Assembly: GCF_964188315.1 (NCBI RefSeq)
Contig: NC_135664.1
Location: forward strand, 59,334,001 to 59,398,000
DNA length: 64,000 nt
Source of the DNA: Podarcis muralis
Taxonomy: Eukaryota
Direction: 5' to 3'
Part shown: piece by piece, positions 12,036-24,568 of the stretch
Position numbering within the stretch: the stretch's first letter is position 1
Layout: each line of letters starts with the position of its first letter
The notes under the pieces: generated by a model
Database searches by the model: none
What the model saw: only the letters and a program-made list of their open reading frames with translations
Told to the model about the DNA's origin: nothing
Made by a program: the position numbers and the translations under genes

Positions 12036-13011
12036 GTAAGAAATATGCTATGTAATCCCACATTGTGTAACACCTTTTATTATCAGTGGAAAGTGGCTAT
12101 GATGTGATTGGATTTAACAGTACTTAATATCAGCTTAGTGAATGTGAAAGCTCCAGTGATGATCAAATAACACCTGTTCTGCTTGCCTTGCCTGCCCTGC
12201 ACTAAGAGCCAAAAGCTCAAAGGATAAGAAAGAAGCTAAGAAAGCTCTATCATGCAATCTCTGTAGATAGTTTTAAATAGAGCAGTGCTATAAACAACAT
12301 CTCCAACATATTCTTCTAATTCAGGAGTAAATCACCATAAGACTGGAAGGGGTGAATGAGAAGCCATTTGTGCATTTTCTCGGTGCAGTCCCCTGTCAAA
12401 CAGCATAACGTAATGAAGGGCGCATACAAGGCTCTCTTTGCTTCTTCTGTAGCCTATTAAAGACTGAAAGAGCCATGGGTTCATATAATTAAAGTATGAC
12501 ATTGTTCCATAAGTTGCTCTCATTTCCAGACAAACCAATGTATCTCATGGATTTGTTTGCAAACCACCTTGACAGCTTTTATAAAATCAAAAGGGAGAAT
12601 AAAATTATCTTAAATAAAATATGTGCCACACTTGGTATGTGGTTGTCAGGAGGTGATTGTTGCTAAACATGTGGATCCTGCTTTACCATGTAGCTGAACC
12701 ATAATGAAGAAACTTGACAAATACAGAAATGACCGTTCAGATTGCAGATGTAAAGGAAGCATAACCACTTTTCTCATGGATGCAGCTCCTCCCATATAAA
12801 TAATTTGCTATGTAGAAATGTCAACATTTAGGAGATGGAAACCTAAATGTGGACTGATCAGTGGCATAGAAAATTAAGGCTCTTGTGAGAAATAATTCAG
12901 ATGATCCACATATCAAAGGAGGGAGCCACCAGGAATAAACAACTGCTCTGATCAAAAAATTATGGAGCACTGACTCTTAGTCACTGCTACTTATTTTCTT
13001 CCACATTCATC

Positions 13012-13082
13012 TTCCTTTCCTTTCCTTTCCTTTCCTTTCCTTTCCTTTCCTTTCCTTTCCTTTCCTTTCCTTTCCTTTCCTT
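13012..13082. repeat. (CCTTT)n pentanucleotide microsatellite
   Basis: About 14 perfect TTCCT units; a pure pyrimidine/purine tract. Confidence 0.97.
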
Positions 13083-13194
13083 GAGCAGCACATGTCCTTC
13101 TGAGATTAAGCATTAATCTTTGTTTTTTATTTGTTTACTAGCATGGGTTTCCATGGCCAAACAATTCCTATCTAGAAATGTTGTTAGTGGGGAA

Positions 13195-13555
13195 ACCACC
13201 TGAAGCCAGTAAAAGGCACTCCAGGCTACTAAGGTTGCCTTGACTCTAGTGGCAACACTGGATCTTGGACTATTCCCAAACTACAAACTTGTTCTCTCAA
13301 GCTGAGTGCTACACTGTCCAGAACAGGTTGAACACTAATTCTCTGAACCTGAGAACAATATACCCACAGTGCCTCTGTCTTCTCAGGATCCAGTCTCAGT
13401 TTGCTGGCCATTACTGGCCTCATCCAGCCCATTACTGAGTCCAGGTACCCGTTCAATGACTATACAGCCTCACCTGACTCAGATGACATTGAGGAGTAGA
13501 ATGTCAGCAGCGTACTGGTGGCACCTCATTCTGAATCCCAAAATGACCTCAGTCA
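13195..13555 (-). mobile_element. L2-clade LINE reverse-transcriptase fragment (decayed)
   Basis: Minus strand gives GFRMRCHQYAAD (degenerate YADD) and WMRPVMASKLRLDPEKTEALW...PVLDSVALSLREQVCSLGIVQD, the typical post-YADD L2 segment. Confidence 0.7.
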
Positions 13556-13833
13556 GAAGCTCTATGTAGATGTTAGAAAGCAAATTTAATATTATGTCAA
13601 ACTGAGTCACAGAGTGACTAATTACTGAGAACTTATGCTCACAGGCAGCTCAACAACTGTAGTTTCACTTATCCTCCTCTGGGACCCAACAACAGGGATT
13701 CAAGGCCCAAATTTCCACCCTCCCTAAATTTTGTGAACCTATCTAGTAATTGCAGTTTGAACCTGATACAGTATCATTATTATCTTAATTCCCAAGCTAA
13801 AATCAAGCTGGTATAGTCAAATTCTGAGGTTTT

Positions 13834-13835
13834 GG

Positions 13836-13918
<83 letters not shown>
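13834..13918. repeat. Compound microsatellite (GGCA)n(GT)n
   Basis: About 12 GGCA units abutting about 19 GT units. Confidence 0.97.
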
Positions 13919-13922
<4 letters not shown>

Positions 13923-15942
13923 AATCCTTTTTGTTGCTCCTGAATGAAACTTTTGTTTAATCAAATCTGATGCCAGCAAAAGTAGCATCACCCTCCTCTC
14001 TGCCTCTCCCACACAGCACCCTATTTGGATCAATAATTTATTGTTTAGCCTATCCAATCATTGACTTCATGGTTTAACATTATGGTAGAGCTTTCAGTCT
14101 GCATGGAGAGGGGTATTTTCCAGAGCTGAACTGTTGCAGTAGAATTTAGTGTCCCAAGTTCATCACATGCCACAACAAAATGGTTTTGACTTTTGTCATT
14201 AGCTCATTGATCTGGATATGAGCTGGCAATGTTAAGAGCAACAACTGTCATATCCTATTATCAGTACAGTTCCCAAATATAAACTGTTGTAAATGTTAAT
14301 AATGTGTAGTCTGACTCAGTGACTCTAGTTCTAGACAAAGCTTCTTGGTTTGTTTTACTTTCACATACTCTTTCCATTTACAAACTCAAACAAACCATCC
14401 CTTGAGTCTTTTCAAGTAGTCATATAAGACAGAGATGGCAAAGCTTTTCAGGCTGAGGACCACACTGCCTGGTGCAACCCCTAAAAGGGGCACATGGCAG
14501 TGATGAGTGTAGCCAAGAAAATGGGTGTGAACCCCCCTCAGTCTCCCACAGACATGCACTTCATGCCCGTCATAGCACACATACACACAGCAGGTCACAG
14601 TGCAACACAGCACACACAAAAATAGATGCATAGTTCTTTTTAAAAAGAATATATACTTTGTTTACTTGCAAAGATATTTTAAAAAATTGGAATCCTGCCA
14701 ACCAGCTGCATAGAGAGAAAGATGGAGATAGATTTTTTCATCTGCTACCACCACCATTTCACCTTGCTCACTAAGCAGCTGCTTGATCTTTTCTCTATCT
14801 TTCCCACCTGCCCCTGTCCTTGCCTTTCCTGATTCTGAGGGGAAAGGTAGCAACAGTGGTTGTGGACTGTAAACAGTAGGGCAAATGAGAATAAATTCAG
14901 TGATGTTTCCAAATTGTTCAGGAATAAGTATAAAACTGCACAGCATGAGTGGGTATTTAAGTCTGGTCTAGAGATGTTTTATATGTGCACTTATAGAGAA
15001 GGCAATAGAAGAGTCATGTGAAAAGAAGAGTACAAATAAATTCTGGCATTGCACTTGTGAGTCACATGAGTCAGTAAAAAAAAATTCCATCCATGTTATG
15101 TGGATGCATAATACTTGATGATGTCAAAGTGCCTTTTAGGTTGTTTTGAGATCAACTCATAACCTGTATAACATATTTGGGATTGTAACAAGAAGAACAA
15201 ATCTCAGGAATTGCCTGTTGACTTTGGGAGGCTTCTCTCTTCCCCTTGTTTGTTTGTGCCATCAAAGAATTAATTCCTGGAACTGTTTGCCTTTCTGCTC
15301 TGTACATCTTATCTACCTGTGGTACACTATGTTCTGGATTACATATGGTCTGATCTATTGGAGAATAGAAGCATTTACAGCAGATGATCTTTTGGACCAA
15401 ATCAGTTTTATGATTTTTGTTTTGTTTTCTGAATTAGGTTTTTTTATTATTTGTAACAAATCCAAGAACCATATGAAAGTAATGCAGATTATAACATTTT
15501 TTACAAGCACAATGGCTATAGATGTCAAGATAGGGGAACTATTCTATTTGTTTATATCCATCTTTCTAGAATTTTATAAAGTAAAGGGGAAGTTAAAATA
15601 CTTCTTGAAAGGTTGCTCCTGAGGTTTGAGGTGCCTTCCATACTGGCATGGGGTATGGCATGAGGAGTTATAGCAGGAAGAGGGAACCTGCAGAAATCAG
15701 GACCTTTCCTCCAACTGCCACACACAAGTAGAAGCACATTCCAGGCACACATTGGTATCCTTGGATCAAAGGCAGTATGTAAACTGCCCCGATTTGTATG
15801 AAGCACAAGCACAGCATGAATATATAAAAAGTTAATTACAATTAATGTCTTCAGATACCTTGCCACCATTACAAGCAAATAACTCTTTGCCTCACCATTC
15901 AGTTGCATGGATTTTAACAATTCTTTATCCCTGTTGTTTAAG

Positions 15943-16139
15943 ATACACCAGCAGAAGAGGAACCCTCTCCTTGTGCACCTGTATTTGCGCATGGGCGGCA
16001 ATGTCAGAATGGTACTGAATGCAGACCAGGATGGGAAGGACCTAAGCATGGCATTACCAACTTCGACAATTTTGCCTTTGCCATGTTAACTGTGTTTCAG
16101 TGCATCACCATGGAGGGCTGGACAGATGTGCTATACTGG
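15943..16139 (+). CDS. CACNA1C: Cav1.2 exon 7 (197 nt): domain I extracellular loop and pore loop with the selectivity-filter Glu
   Basis: gtttaag|AT...TGG|gtatgt, phase 1-0. Translates (D)[70 protein letters not shown] carries the domain I EEEE-locus glutamate. Confidence 0.97.
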
Positions 16140-19100
16140 GTATGTATGTGAAATCAATCTGTGGCAATGTGGATACAGCACTCTTCTTATGTCATGCTCA
16201 AAACATGGGGCTGTCATTGCTATTTTGTTATACTGCTTGCTCTGTATGTCATGCAAATGGGATAACTACTGAACTGATACCTCAGATTGATGTAGTGCAT
16301 TAAAGGGGCAGTATGACAGCCCTTCACTGTTTGTTCTTAGCTTTCAGTGTTATCTTTCAATTTACATTTATTGATCAAGATTTTCACTATGCTTTTACTG
16401 ACCAGTGTTTTCTTGCATGAGAAATGTTTCATACTGCTCCAGATTAATAAAGCAGCACAATTTCTTGCTAACCAAATAATTACACTTCTTTTAACCATCT
16501 TACTATCACTGGAAGCACCAGCCTCTAGATATCTATATAAATGAAGACTCTTGGGTCATACTTATAGGAATATCTAAATTGTTAAGCTATTTCCAACACA
16601 CAAGAACTGAAGTTTAGTGTGTAATAGTCTATGTCACCCTGATTACTAAAAGAAAAAGAAATCTAGAAACAGAATGGGATTAATCCAACGGTAGTCATCC
16701 TCAGAGTAATTTAGGTCCATTAATTTCAATGGGTCTACTCTTAAGTAAAATTTAGATGGTGATAACCCAACATATCTATCTCTGTCCCTTGAAACTTAGG
16801 CCATGGAGTCTTCCTCATAATAACAGCCAACATTCCACTACAGTGTAAGTCAAAGCACAGATGAGGGCAGCCAGAAATCTTTGGTGACAGAATACAAACT
16901 GTAGTTACTAGTATTAGTATAGGAGTCACAGAGCTAAACGATGACCATGTCTGGGCCTGTGGAAGCAGGGTTGTCCAAATCTAAACCTTCCATAAATAAG
17001 TTTGTCTAATATTCCTTAAATTGTTCCAGAGAAGGAAATTCTACTACTTTCCTGAGCAACCCATCCTCTTGTCTAAAACATTCTTAGACTAAAGAAATCT
17101 GTAGTAATGTTAGAAATTACAGCTTGCATCACAGACAAGATTTATAGTTTCAGATACTCTTAGTAAACTCCTCTGGTTTCTTGAGTGAAGTGTCTCTGTG
17201 ACTGAATCTCCATCACTTCCAGTGTCAGAAACAGGGGAAAAATTACAGGGGCAGTCACAGAAGGGGCACAGCTTATTTCTAGGTGGGCAAGTTGTTCTCT
17301 GAATGAAAAATATGCAATATGTTAACAATAGGAGTCCAGCAATGAGAGCAAGGGTTAGGGGCCAGGTTTGCCCCTTCCCCCCAGTTCCCCTCTGTTGCTG
17401 TCCATGCACTTCTCTAGCACAGATCCTGTACTAATAAGTCAGAACTGCAAGTTCACAGAAAACAAGGCTGAACAAGGCACACTGAGTTTCAGTGGTCATT
17501 AACATGATAAAGTTTAGCCAGAATTAGCTCATAGACAGGGTTAAAACATAAAGGTTAGAATGCCAGGGGTGCTTTCATGATCCTGCGAAGCATTTTCACT
17601 CATAGGAATTGGCATTCAGTTCAGTGAGAGTGTGACTCTACATGTGACTTGAATTCTGGTTAGCAAACTACCTACTCTGTTGAAGTGAAAGAGGAAGGCT
17701 ATGTGGACAGTGGAGCACCATGTATACAGTGGAGCCCCTGAAGCCACAGGGAATCACTTCATTATGGCACAGGCTTAAACTTGTTTGAATCCTCTTATGT
17801 GTATTTAAAACTTTTTAAAAAAATCTAAAAGTAGCAGTCCAGTGGGGAACACCATCATGAGACATAGGGTTGCCATCTGAGTTATCATCAGCACAGGACA
17901 CATATAATAGGCAAAATTGTGTCTTATATTAGACCAGTTTTTTAAATATCAAGCAAAATTGTTAATCTGACATGGTTCTTCGTCAGACTGGCATAGATAG
18001 CTTTGAGAGCAAGAATCAACTTAATTTTATTTATATGTTTCTGTCCTATCTCCTCTCTATGACTTGGCATGGGGTATATTTTAAAAATAATGCTTATACA
18101 TATTGCAGGGTTTATTTAAAACAAAAAACCGTCATGCCATAAAAAGCTTAATTCTAGCCACCAAAATCTGGCCCAAATGCAAAAGGTTTTCAAACTTCTG
18201 CCATTTTTCCTTCCCCCCACCAAGGCTTTTGTGAATTTACAGGAAAGGAAATTCCATTTTCCAATAGTATGTGGATCTTTTTTTTGACATTGTAAGGAAT
18301 TCTGCAGCATGCTCCCTAGATTGGGCCTTCTCTAAAAGTGTTGGTATCTAAAGCAGCTGCCTGGGTTGATTGCTTGCACAATTGGGTTGGCCCCCTTGCT
18401 GAGTGGATTATAACAACCCAAGGGAAGAAGGTAGGAAGCCTGCAAGTCTGATGCAGCTGGTTTAGACATGCTGACTTGTAAAACTCCCTTCCATCCTCCA
18501 GCATCTCTGAAATTGCACTCTTGAGCTTTGATGAAAAAGCTTGAAACAGAAGCTCACAGTTGCCCTGGAAACTCCTGTCAGGAAATCAAATTGGGGAAGA
18601 AACCAGGCAATAGATATAATTTACTTTGCTGACAGCCTTGACATGTTTTGTGAGCTTTGCTTATCCCTCTGCAGCCTGTTGAAGCCCATTGAGGGAGATG
18701 TGGTGATGAGGAACACAGTGATATTGCCACAATTTTTTTAAATGTTATAAACAGAACCACCACCCCACAATTTTCAGCAGCTGTGTTTGTGCTTTCTCAC
18801 CCTTTATTTTTAAGGGTGCATAGGCTTGAATTAGCATGGCCTTTCCACACAAGAGAATAATCTGTTTTGCTGAATGCACCTCTCTGCATGTTTCCTGTAC
18901 ATATTTTTTCTCCAAGAAAGAACTACTGCTTTCTTTTTAGATTGGTTTGTTTAGAAGGGGGAAACAATAAACACAGCAGATTTTGGCAGGGTTGTGAAAT
19001 GTAACAAAGAATAAGCCCAGGGAATTTTAAAAAACCAGTCATCGCTAATTAATTCCAAGTATCTCTTTGCCGAAAAAAGAAAAAAAGATGACAGGTATTG

Positions 19101-20083
19101 GGTGTTCATTTTTTGTGCCAGTGAGGAGCCATGATGCCAAGACAATTGCTGCCAATTCCAGAGGGCATATAAAACCCTGGATTGCTGTCACTTGTGTATA
19201 CTACTTCATTTTAATTTGTTCTGATTTCAGATTGTCCATTATCTTGCTTTCTAAGTCACCATGTAGCCAGGATAATGTAACATTAGCCAGGCTATCATAG
19301 CACTTTTCATGAATAAAATGGATATAAGTTCTTCTTCAGGATATAGCTGTTATTAGGAGAGAACTAAAAATGGATTGGTGACCACAGCAAAAAACAAAAC
19401 AAAGCAAAAAACACCAAATAAACTATCCTTTAAGTGAATGCAAAAGGCACAGGCTACTCACAGTCTCTCTGTGATCATCCCACCTGTACAATATGGAAGA
19501 CACTTAATTAATTATAGTTTATGATTCCTTGCAAACTAGAATTGGAAACCAGGGTTGATAGAATTTAGCTATAACAGTGAACTATGGTTTCCCACAAACT
19601 ATAGCATGGGCATGGGATTTAGTGGGTATTGCTGTGCATAAGGAGATGGAGAGGAAGGAGCTCATGAGGCTGAGGCTTCTTAGTTCCAACTGTGGGTTGC
19701 TATTACATTTGAACCAATTGAGAATTTGCTGGGAACTAGAAAAGAGGAGGCCTCCGTCCAATGTCCTGCTCGGGAAGGATATATTTCACATTCCCACCTT
19801 TCTCTTGACCTTTTTTTAATCACTTTCTTCATTATTTTGCTCTTTTCTCATTCTTTCCCTAGCTGACGCTTTCACCATCACCAAATCCTATTTCTCAATC
19901 AATTGTTCCCAGCTATGGAACACTGGGAGATAATATCAGCAGCGGTCTTTTGAAATAAAATTTCAAAGGTGTTGACTAGGGGAAGTGTCATAGTTCAGTG
20001 TCAGAGGGAACTGTCATTTTTGAAACAGAATTCAGTTCAGAATGTAGGATTTAATTTTACTGACTTTTCTTCCAAAATCAGTA

Positions 20084-20309
20084 CAGTGGTACCTCTGGTT
20101 AAGAACTTAATTCATTCTGGAGGTCTGTTCTTAACCTGAAACTTTCCTTAACCTGAGGTACCACTTTAGCTAATGGGGCCTTCTGCTGCTTCCGCACCTC
20201 CGCTGCACGATTTCTGTTCTCATCCTGAAGCAAAGTTCTTAACCCTAGGTACTATTTTTGGATTAGTAGAGTCTGTAACCTGAAGCGTATGTAACCTGAG
20301 GTACCACTG
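20084..20309 (-). mobile_element. Tc1/mariner (Tigger-like) MITE, copy A
   Basis: TIR CAGTGGTACCTC / GAGGTACCACTG with TA on both sides (20082-83 and 20310-11). Confidence 0.9.
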
Positions 20310-20311
20310 TA

Positions 20312-20530
20312 CAGTGGTACCTCTGGTTACGTACTTAATTCGTTCCAGAGGTCCGTTCTTAACCTGAAGCACCACTTTAGCTAATGGGGCCTGCCGCTGT
20401 GCCGCCGCCACGCGATTTCTGTTCTCATCCTGAAGCAAAGTTCTTAACCCAAGGTACTATTTCTGGGTTAGCAGAGTCTGTAACCTGAAGCGTATGTAAC
20501 CTGATGTGTATGTAACCCAAGGTACCACTG
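20312..20530 (-). mobile_element. Tc1/mariner (Tigger-like) MITE, copy B, directly abutting copy A
   Basis: CAGTGGTACCTC...AAGGTACCACTG then TA (20531-32). It shares the TA at 20310-11 with copy A. Confidence 0.9.
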
Positions 20531-21589
20531 TATTGTTTTCCAATCAGTTGGATCATATGGGAGATATGCAGAAAGTCAGAAAGAACAAATGAGTTCAGTA
20601 TGGCTATTTTGCCTGCTAATTATTTGCTCAGGTCCAGTGTTTTCTCCACTAGCCAACTGTATACAGGACAATCTGTATGCAGGGACTGGGTTGGAGGTCA
20701 GCTGTTGATTGGTATAGTTTTCCCAAGAGAAACAGGAAACAGTTACTGCCAGGCCTCTGTGAGTACAAAAATCTATAAGGAAATTATGGCAAAGAACAAG
20801 AGTGAGAAGCCAGACCTTTTCTGCCTTCTCTCTTGTCATATATTGTTTTTTGCCTGCATATACATAGTGGCTGATATGGAAAGACAAGAACAGGCTGGTT
20901 AAGGCTAAAATGTTCTTTTTGCTGGAAATTCTGCAAAACAGTGATATATAAATATGTGAATTAATTTATTAGTAGCTGAGTTATGGGCCAGTTATGAACT
21001 GTCAGTTGATTATTTCCAGGAAGTTTTCTAATTTAGGACTTACAATACTAGCAATTGTAGCCCACCAGTCATCCTTAGCTGAACTGAATCCCCCATACAA
21101 TATCTCAGAATACAGAGTTAGTGTTGCTTGGAGTTTCATAATACTCTGATACAAAGCTGCAACTTACATCAAGGTAACCCAAGCAGAAAAATCCAGTGCA
21201 GAAGAAAAATGGACAGAGAATCCCACAAGATGGCTTCTGCTCTGCATGAGATCGTTTTGTATTGGTTTTTATGACTTGCTTTGTAACTTTACTATCATAG
21301 AATGTTCTTGGGAGGGGGGGAAGCGGTGATTTTGGTCATCCCCTATTGTTAATACTACTGAAAGAGTAGAATTTACTACTCTGTGGATACCACAATGGTT
21401 CCAACAGTAGGAGGGAATTTTCTTGTTGTAGGTGGGAGGGGAAGGGGGGGAGAGAAGTTTGGGGTTTGTTCACCGTCCAGCTGTTAAACTATTGCAAGTT
21501 GCCAACAATTGTCTTTTAGATATAATGTTTTCCACACGCTCCTATAACGTACTAATCATCCTGGAACAAGTATGGATAATTTAAAAATA

Positions 21590-22075
21590 ATCACATTTTT
21601 ATGGGATCAGCCATAAAATGGAGATGGGTTTGGAAGGAATTAAGAAAAGGGAGACCAGACTTGATTCTGGTCCAGGAGACTCACCAGAGGAGGAGGGGGA
21701 CTACAATGAGTATGTCTCCCCTCCCCTCCCCTCCCCTCCTCTGGGGGACAGTGGTTTGCCTCTCAGGGAACATCTAAGGCTTGTGGGGTAGCAACATGTG
21801 TTGCGGATAAATCAGAATTTAAACCTGAACAAACCCTTAGTGATCCTGATCTATGTTACTTGTTTATCAGGGGCACATTGCAGGATCAGTGGCTGACTAT
21901 TATGCACCAAACAACCAACAGGAAGATTTGGGGGGGGGGGGGACTTTGACGGAGCTGGAAAATTTTGGTTTACAAAGTGTAGGGCAGAACATGTCCAGAA
22001 TGTGAATTTACCTTTTCAAAAGACCTGAGTGTTCTACTTGTGATCAGTATGTTCCATTTGGTATTGAAGATACTA
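21590..22075 (+). pseudogene. Decayed L1/Tx1-type LINE ORF2 apurinic-endonuclease fragment
   Basis: Frameshifted pieces IKWRWVWKELRKGRPDLILVQETH, QGTSKACGVATCV...SDPDLCYLFIRGTLQDQWLT and YAPNNQQE match the L1 endonuclease motifs (LQETH, G.S.K.RGVA, D..GRY, IYAPN) in the correct order. Confidence 0.65.
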
Positions 22076-22192
22076 ATATTCTTCAGAAAGCTGTAAATTA
22101 ATAGATGCCCAGCATTTTCTACCTTGAAGCTTGAAGTATGAAAACATTACTAAAGAGCATGGAGAATTTATATCTTACTATATTTCTTACCA

Positions 22193-22554
22193 GGGACGCG
22201 GGTGGCGCTGTGGGTTAAAGCTTCAGCGCCTAGGACTTGCCGATCGAAAGGTCGGCGGTTCGAATCCCCGTGGCGGGGTGCGCTCCCGTCGTTCGGTCCC
22301 AGCGCCTGCCAACCTAGCAGTTCGAAAGCACCTTCGGGTGCAAGTAGATAAATAGGGACCGCTTACCAGCGGGAAGGTAAACGGCGTTCCGTGTGCTGTG
22401 CTGGCTCGCCAGATGCAGCTTGTCACGCTGGCCACGTGACCCGGAAGTGTCTGCGGACAGCGCTGGCTCCCGGCCTATAGAGTGAGATGAGCGCACAACC
22501 CTAGAGTCTGGCAAGACTGGCCCGTACGGGCAGGGGTACCTTTACCTTTACCTT
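22193..22554 (+). mobile_element. Full-length Sauria SINE
   Basis: GGGACGCGGGTGGCGCTGTGGG head (A box), GGTTCGAATCC B box at 22257-22267, (ACCTTT)n tail, 12-bp TSD TATATTTCTTAC (22179-22190 and 22555-22566). CpGs are retained. Confidence 0.92.
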
Positions 22555-23559
22555 TATATTTCTTACTACCTTTCTTTTCAAGCATTTAGTTGACTATGTA
22601 AATAATTACACAACATTTTATGCATTTTATGCTGTACACACACTCACACAAAGGAATCTTACATCTCTCTGTTGGGAAATGGAAAACCCTGAGCTTGGAG
22701 ATTTGAAGCAATACTGTAAATCTCTTTCATGATAATCAGCCTTGTAAATGTAAATACAAAATAAACATAAGCAGAAGGGGAAAGCCCCTAGAATTTGAAC
22801 TGAAATCAGCTCTAACATTTGGAGACCTAGTGTCCTGAAGAATATGTTCATGCTGACAGTCAGGGCTTTATCCTTTTCAGAGTGAATTTCCAAAGCTTGT
22901 AAAAGATGAAAAGACTTTTAAATAACTAAGGTTTCTAAGTACCAGAGGAATAGATGGATACTTCGTAATGCTGTAGAATTTGCAATGAAATAATAATCAA
23001 CCCTCCTGTGTAAATAGCCTTTGAGCCTTATGGGTACTTTAAAAAAAATCCATTTGGGAAAAGATGCGGTCTTAATTTTTTTAAAAAAAGAACACATTTA
23101 CGCTGCTGGCCAAGGTGACCCACTAGCAAATACACTGTGATCAAAGTCATTTTGAAGGTCCTTTAGGGAGTTTGTATAGGTCACACATAATCAGTGCTAA
23201 AATAAAATAGATTGGCATATCTGACTGGGCCAGGGACTTCACCCAGGGTTTTTTTAAAAAAAAGAATCTGACTCCTTATGAGATTGTAGATTTACAGGGA
23301 TCTGATGACACAACTCAAATTACACAGTCTTATTTATTATTGACTATCACAAAATGCATTATGCAAAATGAGGATGGCAGGTTCTTATCATAGGATATAG
23401 AACCCATGTAAAACAGTCAAGTCCAATACTATGTATTTTAAATATTAGACAAAACCATATGCTCAGTGGATGGAAACTTCATAGCTGGCCAGAGAGAGCA
23501 GGAGCTAGAACTGAGAAGACAGGAAGCTGTTAAGACCTCTAAAATATTAGAGAGCAAGA

Positions 23560-24420
23560 GAGTTTTACATTTGCAGAAGCCATGTTGATTCTTCAGCAAG
23601 ACTTGTCCTTTTATATGCTTGATCCTTTTATCCTAAATAATACTTTCCACCAATTTACCTGGACACATGTTAAGCCAAGTGGCCTGTAATTTTCTGAATC
23701 CCCTTTAAAGAACTGGTATGGAGGCCAAGCTCAGGGACACGTTATGTGTTGAATGAATTTATTTCGGTCACTGACCAGAGTGTCACAATACATGTTAGAA
23801 GATCAGCTATTTGATATTTGAGTTCTATAAGAACTCTTGGATAGATGCCATCTGCACCTGATGATTTGTTACTTTTAAATTTCTTAATGAGGCCTATTTA
23901 GCTTAGAATTGTAGAGCTGGAAGGGACCACGAGGGACATCTAGTCCAACTCCCTGCAATGCAGGAATCTTTTGCCCAACCTGGGGCTTGAACCCATGGCC
24001 CTGAGGTTAAGAGGCTCATGCTCAACTGAATGTCCTTCCTGAAAAGGTCAATTCAGGCACAGGGTTGTGTCCTACGTCTTCCACAGCGTGCAGACATATG
24101 CAAAGAATTCATTCAGTTTTACAACAACCTCCTTATCCTCTTTTAACAAACATGTAGCTCCTTTCTGGACTAATGATCCAACCACCTCCCTAGCTACTTT
24201 TCTGCTTCTGATGTGTTTCATAAAGTATATTGTTGGCCTTAATGTTTTTAGTGATATCCACTTTTGCTTTGTTTCTAGTGTTGTTGCCAAACTACCAGTT
24301 ACTTAAATGTATGGCCACATTTCCTCACTGTGTCTCCTGGGAGTGTTTGATGAATATGTTGTCTATTCCAAGCACTGGATTAAAATACAAGTTTCACTGG
24401 GCAAACTTTAAATAGGAAAT
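23560..24420 (-). mobile_element. CR1 LINE ORF2 internal fragment, interrupted by a SINE
   Basis: Minus-strand translation YFMKHIRSRKVAREVVGSLVQKGATCLLKEDKEVVVKLNEFFAYVCT matches the CR1 pre-RT region (LNEFFASVFT). The 23560-23720 part matches the NYRPVSLT...NQHGF region. Confidence 0.7.
23903..24035 (-). mobile_element. Short tRNA-derived SINE with CR1-type tail (Squam3-like)
   Basis: Minus strand: TCAGTTGAGCATGAGCCTCTTAACCTCAGGGCCATGGGTTCAAGCCCC (A and B boxes), then GGACTAGATG...GGTCCCTTCCAGCTCTACAATTCTAAG (CR1-like end). Confidence 0.7.
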
Positions 24421-24568
24421 TATTGAAAACGATCAAACATCATTTCTAGAAAATGTAGAAATGATGGCTGGGAGATATACTAGCAGACCTGCAAAAGAGC
24501 ACCTCTGTATATGTGGATCAGGGTCTATTGAGGATCTGGTATATTATATTATATATGATTCACCTAGA

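Noticed and set aside
13012-13918. Non-B DNA potential of (CCTTT)n and (GGCA)n(GT)n, and of (AC)n(AG)n at 31535
   Set aside because: Typical squamate microsatellites, far from splice sites; recorded only as repeats.
20084-20530. Short repeated units (CAGGTTAAGAAC/AACCTGAAG) with variable spacers, superficially CRISPR-like
   Set aside because: They are subterminal repeats of a TA-flanked MITE found four times in the window. Eukaryotic context, no cas genes.
21434-21464. G-quadruplex-capable tract, plus (CCCCT)n at about 21716-21742 and several G/C homopolymers
   Set aside because: They lie within decayed LINE sequence or are ordinary homopolymers; nothing indicates function.
22193-22270. tRNA-like A and B boxes (also at about 23990-24030 and 30100-30170)
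   Set aside because: These are SINE heads with SINE bodies and tails and no complete cloverleaf; not tRNA genes.
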